Shown here: positions 44,571-60,830 of the stretch, one piece after another | How positions within the stretch are numbered: the first letter of the stretch is position 1 | Layout: each line of letters opens with the position of its first letter | NCBI RefSeq assembly: GCF_009914755.1 | Contig: NC_060931.1 | Origin: the human T2T-CHM13v2.0 reference genome, Homo sapiens | DNA length: 64,000 nucleotides | Reading direction: 5' to 3' (one strand) | Position numbers and translations under genes: made by a program | The notes under the pieces: generated by a model | The model's input: only the letters and a program-made list of their open reading frames with translations | Databases searched by the model: none | Told to the model about the DNA's origin: nothing

Positions 44571-46494
44571 GATAGAAAGTAGATGGACTTTGAGCTCTGC
44601 TTAAGGTGTTGCAGGGATCAAACCCTTTCAGAAATGCCAACCATACCCTGGAATGATTCTGGAACTGTGGGGAAGACAATTGAGGAGAAATGAAGATTAT
44701 CTTGACCTGAAGTTTCTCATCCTTTGTGTTTCTAAGTAGAGTTTTTGGATCAGCCAGCTCCTCTTCTGATATTAAACTATCTGACATGGGTAGTCCTGTG
44801 AGACAGTTGCGTTTTATTCTGAATTGCCTGAATGAGTCTGATGTCCCCAACACCTAGCGAAGCTCAGCAATGATGCATGGGGTGGGCTGATGTGGGAAGT
44901 AGGCAGCCCGGAGTGGCAGAGGCCTGGGTTCTATTTTAAAAGGGAATTCTGGGTATCACTGGGTCTCTTAGAAGGGGAGTTAGGGAGGGGGAACTGGAAA
45001 GTGAGAAAGGGAAGTTTGCACAGCAGCAAAGCCAAAGTTAGCCTCAAGTTCTCCCCAAAGGCCAGGTGGCAGTAATTCGGGACATGTTGCAGAAATTCAT
45101 CTCTGAAGCAACTGGGACCAGAAGGCTTCAGGCAACAACTGTCCCTGCTAGGAGGGCCTGTTCCCCTTTCACAAACAGCACTGCTTTTCCTAATATAAGC
45201 ACAGTTCTTGCACATAGATAAAACTGTCTTTAGGATAGAGTGAAAAGAGAATAAGAATGTTAAATTTATAACTATTAAGATGTATTGAAAGTTGAATAAT
45301 GTGCAGAAAGCAAATCGCTCTACACAGAAAGAGAGGGTGATAGAAGGGTTCTTGGAGACAACAAGCATGAGAAGACTTATCTAGGGTTTGATGAGATTTT
45401 CAGTAAGAGCTTTATCATCCCCACAGGGGCAAAATTAATTCTTGGGAGACAAAAAGGAACTTAGTTATTCGATGGTTTGTGGCCTTCAGAGGGTTGCAGT
45501 TGTACATAAACAGAAACACAGTATATCAGTGGTATTAAAATTTCAAGATGGGAGAGAGATTGGGGAAAATATCTAAAATGTCTCCTTACAGGGGTGATAA
45601 TGAGAAGCAATGGACTAGAGGATTCAAGTGGAAGAGTCTTCATCACCCGTGAGTTCTCCTGGGAAAGTGAATTGGAAACAAGCTAAGTGCATTTTCTCAG
45701 CAGAAGGAAGATCTTACACATCACCTAGTGAATATCCAGTTGGGAATCTGAAAGCAGCAGTGGGCAGGTGAGCTGTCCCCACAGCTGTTCAGCAGGTGAT
45801 GAGCTTACTGGCTCCAGGAAACGTCAGTGTGCTTAGGATGCAGCTGATGGCCTTAGGCACCAGGCCAGTCCTCCCTGGACACATCAATAGGATGGTGGCA
45901 ATAGAGGGTGGAAGTTAAGATTCCAGGAATTAGCCCACCCACGTCCTTCCTTGCTGTTCTATTCTGTTCTCATCTCCTTCCTTCCTACTCTCCTCTCCGG
46001 CTCACTCATTCATTTTTGCTGCAGGCAGGGGAATCAGGAGCAATGTTCATCAGTGAATGAAAGGAGTGCTGGAAAGAGAACCAAATGCTGACATCAAAGA
46101 ACCTTCAATCATATGATTTTAGTGTGGAAAGCCAGATGATACACTCTAACATCTGTGAAATCAAATCAAAATGCAAATTGGTTTTTGGCTTTCCTGATCT
46201 ATGTTTCTGGATATGTGTTCACTGGGACATGTGGCTTCTTGACAGAATAAGACTGAAGACAATTTCAAGTATAGACAATAGTTAGTTCCAATCCCACAGG
46301 TATTCAGCCTTGGAAATGGGTTCCAGTCTCTGGGCTTAAAAGACTGGACTTTGCTATCAGTTTGAAAATGGCAGTGTCGTAGAGGGGCTCTTAATGTTAG
46401 GAAGGATGGCCTGGCAGAGTCTCTTTTCTTCTCTTGCCCTATCCCTGATGCTCATTAAGGCAGTGCTAGAGGAAAAAGTTCTCATTAGGTAACA

Positions 46495-46710
46495 GGAGTT
46501 GCTACTGGGTACCGTTTAAAGTGCTTTACACCTATTAATTCATTTACTCACAACCAGACAATTCTGCAAGGGGAGCACTGTTTTATAAAACTCTTATGGA
46601 TGGGGAGCTCAGGTACAGAAATGCTAAGTCATTTGTCCAAGCTCACACAGCTTCTGGTAGTACCGGGATTTGAACCCAGATCCTCAGTCTCCAGAGAACT
46701 TGCCACAATA
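46495..46710 (-). mobile_element. MIR
   Basis: AAGTGCTTTACA..TAAGTCATTTGTCCAAGCTCACACAG..GGGATTTGAACCCAG. Confidence 0.75.
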
Positions 46711-47033
46711 GTGTTCTTTTAAGGTGCCCTCAGCCAACTCTTGCACTTATTGATATCTTTGAACTCATGGATGAATGGGCTTAAAATTGTTTTTAACACA
46801 ATGTACTTTGGTTTGAGCCTTATTTAAATAGAACAATGTGCCAGTCACCAGACCCCATGCACGGTTGAATCCTTTGGCCACTTACATAATGGATTAATTA
46901 CTGGACACATGCTGCCCTCTTGTGATGAAAGTCACTCAATTGCAACCTTCTCCACTTCTCTGGAATGTACCCAGTTACTTCCTTTGTTCCAGTCTCATGG
47001 TTGGGGGATGGAGGATCTGTAGCCAGTGACGAA

Positions 47034-47143
47034 GCTGTTGGCTCTGTAGAGCCAAGATGTCACCTGCCATTCTGTGTGGTGCTCCCGGGCTGTTGGCTCT
47101 GTAGAGTCAAGATGTCACTTGCCATTCTGCAGGGTGCTCCCAG
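47034..47143 (+). repeat. 55-bp tandem duplication (2 copies)
   Basis: 47034-47088 vs 47089-47143: 49/55 identical. Confidence 0.9.
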
Positions 47144-47317
47144 CCTGTGACTCCAGCCATGAGACATGACCCCAGAGTCCTGCAACTTGTAGCAACTGAA
47201 TATAGGAGAAAAGACCAGGCTTCCTGAAGAAATCCTAGGAACATTAAAGAGACCCCATCTGTGTCCTTGGGGAAAGAGCTCTATTTTGCATAACTTGCCC
47301 TAGCAGATTGGAACCAG

Positions 47318-47890
47318 TGATAGTGACAGAAGGCAGCCAAATGCCTAGGTAAATGGGACAGGTCCCAGGTGAAACCCCACCTTAAAGCCAAAAAACAGCC
47401 TGAGGGGTGAAAGGCCGGATTGCTGGTCCCTGATGAAACCCGCGACCTAGAGTGAGAACTTCTGTTTCTGTTTGCCCGCCCTTTCCTGATTGATTCTTTC
47501 TGAATAATGCCTTTTAACCAATCGAATGTTGCCTTTTCCAATACTACCTATGACCTGCCCCTTTCCCATTCTCAGCCCATAAAAGCCCCAGACTCAGCCA
47601 CAGTGGGGGGACTTTCCCACCTTCAGGTAGGGGGACCACCCCTGTATCCCCTCTCCGCTGAAAGCTGTTTCATCACTCAGACTCCTTGCCTTGCTCACTC
47701 TTCGATTGTCAACATATCCTCATTCTTCTTGGGTGCGGGACAAGCACCCGGGAACCAGTGCACAAGCCAGACTTGTCCCGGGCAGGCTGTCTCCTGCAGC
47801 AGGGTAGCATGGCTGAGCAAGGCCCAGGTGGGGCGTCGCTGGCCAGAGGTCCCTGGCTTACAAAGTGGCCAAGAAAAAAATCCTGTGTCA
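47318..47890 (+). mobile_element. ERV1 solo LTR (LTR27/LTR28-like)
   Basis: TG...CA ends, 4-bp TSD CCAG (47314-47317, 47891-47894), CCAAT at ~47518, CATAAAAG at ~47578. Confidence 0.85.
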
Positions 47891-48387
47891 CCAGGTGATA
47901 GACTTGGCAGAAAGATGGTCAGTTGCAGAGTGAACTGAAGGTCACAAACCCTATCAGAACAGAGGGAAAATAAAACCAGACAGAAGCCCTGTTCTTGTTC
48001 TACCAGTAGTTAAAGTGACCTTGAGTGAGTATCTTTTGCTCTCTGACACCAGTTTCCTCACTGGGAGAATGAGGAGATTGAAATCTTAGATACTGCCAGG
48101 AAAAACATTCTGCATTTGCCTAGATCCCTTCCCTGAATAGATTTGATAGTTTTGTTTTGCTTTATTTTATTTTATTTTATTTTTTATACTTTAAGTTTTA
48201 GGGTACATGTGCACATTGTGCAGGTTAGTTACATATGTATACATGTGCCATGCTGGTGCGCTGCACCCACTAACTCGTCATCTAGCATTAGGTATATCTC
48301 CCAATGCTATCCCTCCCCCCTGCCCCCACTCCACCACAGTCCCCAGAGTGTGATATTCCCCTTCCTGTGTCCATGTGATCTCATTGT

Positions 48388-52215
<3,828 letters not shown>

Positions 52216-52278
52216 TATGATGTTAGCTGGTGATTTTGCTCATTAGTTGATGCAGTTTCTTCCTAGTCTCGATGGTCT

Positions 52279-53294
52279 TTACATTTTGGCATGATTTTGC
52301 AGCAGCTGGTACCGGTTGTTCCTTTCCATGTTTAGCGCTTCCTTCAGGAGCTCTTTTAGGGCAGGCCTGGTGGTGATGAAATCTCTCAGCATTTGCTTGT
52401 CTGTAAAGTATTTTATTTATCCTTCACTTATGAAGCTTAGCTTGGCTGGATATGAAATTCTGGGTTGAAAATTCTTTTCTTTAAGAATGTTGAATATTGG
52501 CCCCCACTCTCTTCTGGCTTGTGGGGTTTCTGCTGAGAGATCCGCTGTTAGTCCGATGGGCTTCCCTTTGTGGGTAGCCTGACCTTTCTCTCTGGCTGCC
52601 CTTAACATTTTTTCCTTCATTTCAACTTTGGTGAATCTGACAATTATGTGTCTTGGAGTTGCTCTTCTCGAGGAGTATCTTTGTGGCATTCTCTGTATTT
52701 CCTGAATCTGAACGTTGGCCTGCCTTGCTAGATTGGGGAAGTTCTCCTGGATAATATCCTGCAGAGTGTTTTCCAGCTTGGTTCCATTCTCCCCATCACT
52801 TTCAGGTACACCAATCAGACGTAGATTTGGTCTTTTCACATAGTCCCATATTTCTTGGAGGCTTTGCTCGTTTCTTTTTATTCTTTTTTCTCTAAACTTC
52901 CCTTCTCGCTTCATTTCATTCATTTCATCTTCCATTGCTGATACCCTTTCTTCCAGTTGATCGCATCGGCTCCTGAGGCTTCTGCATTCTTCACGTAGTT
53001 CTCGAGCCTTGGTTTTCAGCTCTATCAGCTCCTTTAAGCACTTCTCTGTATTGGTTATTCTAGTTATACATTCTTCTAAGTTGTTTTCAAAGTTTTCAAC
53101 TTCTTTGCCTTTGGTTTGAATGTCCTCCCGTAGCTCAGAGTAATTTGATCATCTAAAGCCTTCTTCTCTCAGCTTGTCAAAGTCATTCTCCATCCAGCTT
53201 TGTTCTGTTGCTGGTGAGGAACTGCGTTCCTTTGGAGGAGGAGAGGCGCTCTGCGTTTTAGAGTTTCCAGTTTTTCTGTTCTGTTTTTTCCCAC
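52279..53294 (-). pseudogene. L1 ORF1, disrupted
   Basis: EIWDYVKRPNLRLIGVPE; start ATGGGG changed to GTGGG; premature stop at 52417-52419. Confidence 0.9.
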
Positions 53295-53749
53295 CTTTGT
53301 GGTTTTATCTACTTTGGGTCTTTGATGATGATGATGTACAGATGGGTTTTTGGTGTGGATGTCCTTTCTGTTTGTTAGTTTTCCTTCTAACAGACAGGAC
53401 CCTCACCTGCAGGTCTGTTGGAGTACCCTGCCGTGTGAGGTGTCAGTGTGCCCCTGCTGGGGGGTGCCTCCCAGTTAGGCTGCTCGGGGGTCAGGGGTCA
53501 GGGACCCACTTGAGGAGGCAGTCTGCCCGTTCTCAGATCTCCAGCTGCGTGCTGGGAGAACCACTGCTCTCTTCAAAGCTGTCAGACAGGGACATTTAAG
53601 TCTGCAGAGGTTACTGCTGTCTTTTTGTTTGTCTGTGCCCTGCCCCCAGAGGTGGAGCCTACAGAGGCAGGCAGGCCTCCTTGACCTGTGGTGGGCTCCA
53701 CCCAGTTCGAGCTTCCCAGCTGCTTTGTTTACCTAATCAAGCCTGGGCA

Positions 53750-53965
53750 ATGGCGGGCGCCCCTCCCCCAGCCTCGCTGCCGCCTTGCAGTTTGATCTCA
53801 GACTGCTGTGCTAGCAATCAGCGAGACTCCGTGGGCGTAGGACCCTCCGAGCCAGGTGCAGGATATAATCTCGTGGTGCGCCGTTTTTTAAGCCGGTCCA
53901 AAAAGCGCAATATTTGGGTGGGAGTGACCCGATTTTCCAGGTGCGTCCGTCACCCCTTTCTTTGA
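53750..53965 (+). CDS. L1 ORF0 (71 aa, antisense ORF in 5' UTR), reading frame intact
   Basis: GCAATGG start; MAGAPPPASLPPCSLISDCCASNQRDSVGVGPSEPGAGYNLVVRRFLSRSKKRNIWVGVTRFSRCVRHPFL*; GT donors after ORF nt 106 and 191. Expression unknown. Confidence 0.75.
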   Translation: MAGAPPPASLPPCSLISDCCASNQRDSVGVGPSEPGAGYNLVVRRFLSRSKKRNIWVGVTRFSRCVRHPFL

Positions 53966-54721
53966 CTCGGAAAGGGAACTCCCTGACCCCTTGCGCTTCC
54001 CAAGTGAGGCAATGCCTTGCCCTGCTTTGGCTGGCGCACGGTGCGCGCACCCACTGACCTGCGCCCACTGTCTGGCCCTCCCTAGTGAGATGAACCCGGT
54101 ACCTCAGATGGAAATGCAGAAATCACCCGTCTTCTGCATCGCTCACGCTGGGAGCTGTAGACCGGAGCTGTTCCTATTCGGCCATCTTGGCTCCTCCGCT
54201 TTTTTTTAATTTTTATACAAATCCTGATTAGTAAGATACATATTCATATTATTAGTCCTCAGTTTCCTCATTCAGGAAATAATTCTACTTCACAGGGTCA
54301 TTGGGAGGAAGTTTTTATTTGGCCTGATGTTCATGGGTTTAGCCAGGCTGGGTTTGTTTAGGCAAAGGAAGGACACATACACATATTTATAAATAAAAAG
54401 GTTTTACATGAAGGAAAACTGATTTTAAAGATTGTGACACTTGCCCACTAGTAAGTGGTTATCTTCAACAGTGCCACTTTAAAACAGATGCTGATGTGTT
54501 CATTTATTCTTCCCTGCAGCCAGTCATTGGCATAGCACACGTATGTGTATGGGCGGTGCCTGAACACTGGTCTGGTGTGAAGGTTAGGGCAGGGAGTTTT
54601 ATTCTATTCAAAAGAGACACTGCTGGCTTCACATTACATTGGTCTCTAATTTTCACTTGCTTCCAAACTTACTACACCCTTGACATAGGTTAAAAAATAA
54701 TATTTCATAGCAACGGTCTGG

Positions 54722-54882
54722 GTTTTTTTGTTTGTTTTTGGTTTTGTTTTTGTTTTGAGATAGGGTCTCACTGTGTCACCCAGGCTCACTTACAGGCTAG
54801 ACCTCCTGGGCTCAAGCGGTCCTCCCACCTCAGCCTCTGGAGTAGCTGGGACCACAGTTATACATCACTATACCTGGCTAAT
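54722..54882 (-). mobile_element. Alu monomer (FRAM/AluJ right arm)
   Basis: GAGATAGGGTCTCACT..CCTGGGCTCAAGCGGTCCTCCCACC..CTGGCTAATT. Confidence 0.8.
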
Positions 54883-55247
54883 TAATAGCAAGAATCTTTG
54901 CCTTGATAATCTCATTCCAAAGAAATAACTATAAAGAATTTTTTAATTCCATAGAAATATTGTCTATAGTGACCACCACCACAGTCAATCTGGAAACTTG
55001 AAGGTCTAACCTGAACGTCTGGAATATTATTAAGCAAATTCTCAAACTGGTAGAATATATTAATAAATAATAGAGACTAACAGTGTGGGAAAATGACAAA
55101 AAGAACTGCTAATGTACTCTGTGATTATAATTATGTAAAAAGATGTCTCAAAGTAGGCAGAGCATGGAAGATTACATACAAAAATTAAAATAGCTGTGTT
55201 AGTGTTGTGTTACTATAAACATTAAATTTTTCCCTTTATGACATTAC

Positions 55248-55875
55248 TGACAAGGCTAATCCCCCCTAAAATGGAGTATTTTCCTATTTGGTGCCACAAA
55301 GCCAATACACAAAATTGAAAGTGTGCATCTAGCAGTGCAGGCTTTATTTGATGCCCATAGAACTGAGATGTGGGAGCCTGGCTCACAAATCAACTTCTCA
55401 GCCCATGAGGGATAGGGCATCCCCCTATGACAGCCAAGAAATCACAAATATAGGACATTCCCCATGAGAGCCAGGAAGTCACAGATATGGAGCATCTTTA
55501 ATGAAGGGGTTGGGGAATTAAAAGCAAGGGGAAAAGTATTCATGTCTTTTCTGGGAATTAGGTAGATAACTTCTCAGAACCAGAGTTTTTGTCCCCCTTT
55601 TTTGTCCTTTTATGGTTTCTTCTGGTCGTTGTCATGGTGATTGTCAGCTGTCTTGGCACTGGGGGGAGGGTCATTTAGCATGGAAATTAGATTATAATGA
55701 AGTTAGAGGTTCTTCAGAGGTCAAGTGAGCTGCCATCTTGGTTCCCACCACTCTTAGCTGGTTTGGTGTCATGATGGGGAGCTTTTGACCACAGACATCC
55801 CGTTTCCTAAAGATAACCAGAGTTAAGGTGGGGAAGAAATTTACTTAGGTCACACAGACGTTACACTGGGTAACA
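55248..55875 (-). mobile_element. ERV solo LTR (probably ERV1/MER4 group; family not assigned)
   Basis: TG...CA ends; GCTTTATT (AATAAA on minus) near 55342; ACATTAC on both flanks. Confidence 0.65.
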
Positions 55876-56714
55876 ACATTACTTTGACAACAAAAATAAA
55901 TGCACTTTATAACAGAAAAAAGTCCAGGAAAAAATTGAGACACTTTAATATTTGTTATTGGTCTGAAAAAACACCCAAGTAGTCATGGGAAAGATTAGAA
56001 ACTTGTTTAACATCTTTGCACTTACTTTATAATTTAGTATTTAAATATTTTCATTATAGATCCAGAGGGGCCTATAACCTTTTCAGTACTTAATGTCTCT
56101 AAGAGTCTTAAGCTGGTCTTGGGTGCAGTTCATTCCATTTTAAGGTTGAGAGAGTAGTGTTGGGATGTCCTCTGGTAAAATGAGTCTCAGCCTCCTCATA
56201 ATGCCATTCTACTTTCATTAAAATTCTTCTTCATGATCCTGGGTTAATGGTCATGGTTTTGCCTTTCAGCTCTAGAGCAAGGTTTTTTTCTTGTAAGTAA
56301 GCAGTTGGTTACTGGAAACAGACCTGTGGTCCACCTGGAAGTGAACCAAAATATGGATGAGCAGAAAGCGCTTTCCCGCTTGGCAAAGGCTCATGGGCCT
56401 GGCTCCATAGGGTGGTGCCAGCTCCTGCCCTGTTCTTTTGTGCTGTGAAGACACAGGTGCCCCCTATGTTCAGTGACTTGACACTTAAATGGCAGTATGG
56501 TCTTTGGTAATAATAATGAAAACTAACAGCTATGCTTTTCACTGACAAAGGTAGGATATTGCAGGAAGCTTGATGTTGAATACTTTGGGGTTTTACTTTG
56601 AGAACTCCTAGTCCTGTATTGGACCTTGTTGGAAAGTTCCCTGAGCCTATGAGTGAGAAGGGGACAACTTGGGAGTCCCACGGTGAGCGGAAATGAGACC
56701 CGCTGGCTTGATAG

Positions 56715-56890
56715 TAACTAACTGCCATACGTTGAGCAGGACTCTGTGCCAGGCTTTGTGCCAGCTACTTTCCATGACTCATTTAATCCTCTCAACAACC
56801 TTTTGAGTCAGATTCTCTCAGTTTTTCCAAGGAGGAAATCAAGATTCTGGCCGTCTTAAGAGTGCTCCAAAGCCACACAGCTAGGGCGCT
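56715..56890 (-). mobile_element. MIR
   Basis: TGTGCCAGGC..CTCATTTAATCCTCTCAACAACC..GAGGAAATCAAG..CACACAGCTAG. Confidence 0.8.
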
Positions 56891-59599
56891 CCAGAGAGCT
56901 AATACCACATGGCCACACAGTGGCTCCACATGGCTTTTTAAAGAAGTTCCATGTCAGCATGGACATGACACAAGTGCAGGTGTGAAATATGGGAGCTGTA
57001 GCTTCTTTCCCAAAATCAATCAAGATGTCCTGTGGAAAGAAAGAGATATAGCCCTCGTTTACAGAATTTTTTTTTTCAATTGTCTTTTTCTTGATTAGGA
57101 AAAGTCTCCATGTTTCTGCTCAGAAGCTCACCTGTTTCTAATAAGAGAACCTTTCCATCAAATTAGGAGCCTGGTCTCAGTTTTACAGGAGGAATAGAAA
57201 ATCTACCACTTGCCATCTGGAAGATCAAAGTATTTCCAAATAGAATTTAAGTCAATACCACACAAATTCTAATTCCCTAGAAGCAGCAGTTTTAATTTTG
57301 ATAGTCTCTAAAAGCAATAACATTTGGTAGTTTCTGAGTAAATTTTAGACTCTCAAGGGTTTAGTTTTAGCAGTTTAATAAAATGTGAATTTTGTCTGCT
57401 GAGAAGTGAACTTTGTGGTAAGACTTGGCGAGTCTGAGGTCTGTGGTACTCCCCCTTTGGCCTTCAGTGGGCCATGCTCATTCCCTTCTTTCTTCTTTCT
57501 GGGCATATTTGCTGCCCAGATTCTGCAGTAAGGAGAGAGTGGCTGCCTTGGGGTGATTATTAGGTGAATACTCAGGTCTGGGGTTGGGAGGGACCTCGTA
57601 GGAACCACCAAAATCGAGCCTTTAAGGAACTGCCGCCTTGTAGTTGCTTAACTGTACAGGATTTCCCCCGCAACGGTCCCCTTCCTAACAGGCTGCTCTA
57701 CAAAGCCAGGCTTGGACTCATAAGAACTCAGAGGTGGACCGTTGGAGGCCCTGCATGCCTTCCTCTGTCACGTGCTGCCCCTGGCAGCTCGGTGCTTCTT
57801 GCCATGGGCCTACCTGGATCCGCCACTCAGCAGTGAACAGCCGAGGAAGGTAGTGGACGTCGAACCTGGCCCGTGGGCTCTACCATGGCATGGTGATGAA
57901 GGCATGAACTTTGGCCCACTTGGCCTGTCCTGGCACCAGCCACCCCCTACTCACAAGTTATTTCCTCTGAGAAGCCACCTGAAGAGATTCAGAGGCCAGA
58001 TGGAGAGACCTCAGAGGCTGCCACAGCCGCTTCCTGTCCCTTGGTAGGCAGAGAGGCCTGTGAAGGATCAAACTGGTGACACCCCTGGCCTTCATCAGGC
58101 TCTCCTCATAGCACATCACCCCAGAGCCCCTTCCCCACTGTGGAGTGAATCAGGATGGGGCTCAGGAGTCAATGAGTGCTTACCAAGCCAAGTCCCTTCA
58201 AAAACTCCAGACTCAACCCGTAAGAGTGTTTTCAGTATTTTATTAACAAATGAGCTGGCAAGAGGACAAGTGATCTAGTAGTATCACCCCCACCCTCATG
58301 GAGCAGCCACCACAAGCCCACCATGGTGGGGGGTGTCCAACATGCTCTGCTGGCCCAGTTCCCAGCCGATCCCCTGAGTCTTGGCGCCCGTTTAGTCACC
58401 CTTCAGCTGCTTGGGAGGCAGGAAGAGACTTCCCCTCTTCACGAGGTAAGGGAGACAAAAGCAGCCATTTGGATGCCAGGGCCACAGGGGCAAGCCATGC
58501 CCTATTTCTTTGGAGGGACAGAATCACTTCTTCCCAAGGCCAGACACTGTAGCCCATGGTACTCAGCCTTCTAGAGGAGGGTAGCCTAGCAGAGGAGAAG
58601 CCCTGAGTGGAAGCAGCATTTTGAAGGCATCGTCATTCTTAGACCAGCTAAGAGCTGAGGGCATTCTCTATCTTTGCCAGCAGACAGTGAGACTCCAGGA
58701 TTAAAATTAAAAGCCCGTGGTGCATCCTTTCCTTGACATTAACTTTCCACAAAACCTTGGAGGAGTCAAATCCCACACTGCACATACTCCGGTGTCTCCA
58801 GCTGTGAAGTGGGACCAGTATCAATACATGGGAAAGTGCTGAGAAGGAAGAAAATATTTCAGGTATAATACTAATCCATCAAACACGTTTTATTCAAGAA
58901 GCTTGGCACCAACTTTGTGCCACATCCTCAACTCTTCAATGAAAAGAGCGGTGACCAACTCGCTCCCGTTGGTCCCTATGGCAGGTGTTGGAATGAGGTG
59001 AGGCTGGCCTCCTCTGTTTGCTCACAGCTTTATTCCTCTAGCTTCAGATAAAAATAATTATAATAGGCAATAAAGTCTCTTCACAGTGTATTTACTGTAA
59101 CTACAACAGCTCGCAAGACACATTCTTTTTCTGCAGAATTGTAGCGGGTACTTAGGGAGTTTGCCGACCAGACCTTCTGCACAGGAAGCTGGCTTGCATC
59201 ATGGAGGCAGTGGACTCCTGATAGTCCCGCCTGCGCAGGCCCCTTTAAGACACTGACACAAAAGACTGCCCAGAGTGGCATTTGCTGCTGAGGCTCCAGG
59301 GCAAAAACCCCATGAACAGGAAAGCATCCTCTCAGAAACAGATAATCCGCTTCTCATCTTCATAGACTTTGGCCTCCTCTGGTTTTATCAGGTTTCCATT
59401 TAGGCTGTTGAAAAGGAGGAAGACAAAAGTACACAGGTAAAATGTTAAGGATCCTCGCACACTCCTTCCCAAGGTGTGTTCATAGCACACACTCGTGTAT
59501 CACACAATACACATGTATCCCTGAAATTAAGGAACATACCCTTTGCAGATAGTTCCTTCATATTAGCATGGATCCTCTCCAGCTGCCATCCCTCTGTTC

Positions 59600-60830
59600 A
59601 CTGGGTCTCACTAAGGTCACCTGTAGCCTCCATAAGCCTGAATTTAATGACATTTTCCAGGTCTTGTCTTTCTTGGCCCTCAGGATTTTGGCTGTCCTGA
59701 CCTCTCCTCTCCCTCCTTCTTGAGGCACTCCCTCCCCTTGGCTTGGTTATATGCGCTGATTTTTCTCCTGCATCTGAGCACTCTACTTCAATTTCCTTTC
59801 CTATATTCTCCTCCATGTGACCTCTACATCTGAGATTTCCTCCAGGTTTGGGGCTAAGCCCTTTTCCCCACCCGATCTCATCAATGCCACGGCCTTGTTT
59901 GTATGTCCGTGGAGGCAGTTACCTGCTTGGCATCCTCACTTGGACCTCTCCCCCACACCTCAAAGTAGCCACACCTCCTAGGGTCCCCTGGCTTAGTGAA
60001 TGGACCACTCTCATCCTGCTGAGCAGGTTAGTAACCTGGGGGTCAACCTGGACACCTTCCTTCTCATCCCCATGTTCCTTGTATCACAAAGTTCTCCCCT
60101 AATTCCTAAGAATCTAGAATGCCTCCCTGGAACCTCTATGTCTTTGGCCGGCCATCTTGGTCTGAGCACCCATCATCTCTTCCCTGCATCAGTACAATGT
60201 CCTACTGACAGGTCATTTCCACGTACTCTGGCCTTCTCCAATTCAGTTTCCTAGAAGAGCCAAGAATTGGTCTTTTTGCATTGCAGATCTGATCACATGC
60301 CTCTCCTGCTTCAAACTGTTCACTGACTTTCCATCACTTTTAGGATAAAGACCAAAATGCACATCATGACCCACAGATCTTTTATGGTCCAGTCCCTGCC
60401 TATCTCCTCAGCCTCCTGTAGTCCCCTCTTCCACACTGTCTGAACCCTGGGGCACAGCAGCTTCTGGCAGTTCTTCCAGGACACCACACTCCCTCCTGCC
60501 CCAGACCCTTTGCACATGCTGTTCCCTACGCAGAATACTCACCTCAGCTGACTAGCTCCTATTCATCCTTCATGGCTTAGTGTAAGTGCTGCTTCCTCAG
60601 AGAGGCCTTCCCTGCAACCTCATCTAAATCAGGTTCCCTCTTGGCCTTCCCCTTTGTGATAGTACCCATCACAGTTGTAATTAAATAATTACGCAAATGA
60701 TTTTTTCTTTAATGTGCTTCTCCCTTTCTAGACAGTGAACCCATGAAGCCATGTTGTTCACCACTGGATTTTTGGTGCTAGCACAGTCCCTGATGCTCAA
60801 GCGTTTCGTTATTCAAGGAATAAATGAAGA
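59600..60830 (+). mobile_element. L2
   Basis: GATCTGATCACATG..CCCTTTGCACATGCTGTTCCCT..CTTCCTCAGAGAGGCCTTCCCTG..GAATAAATGAA. Confidence 0.8.
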
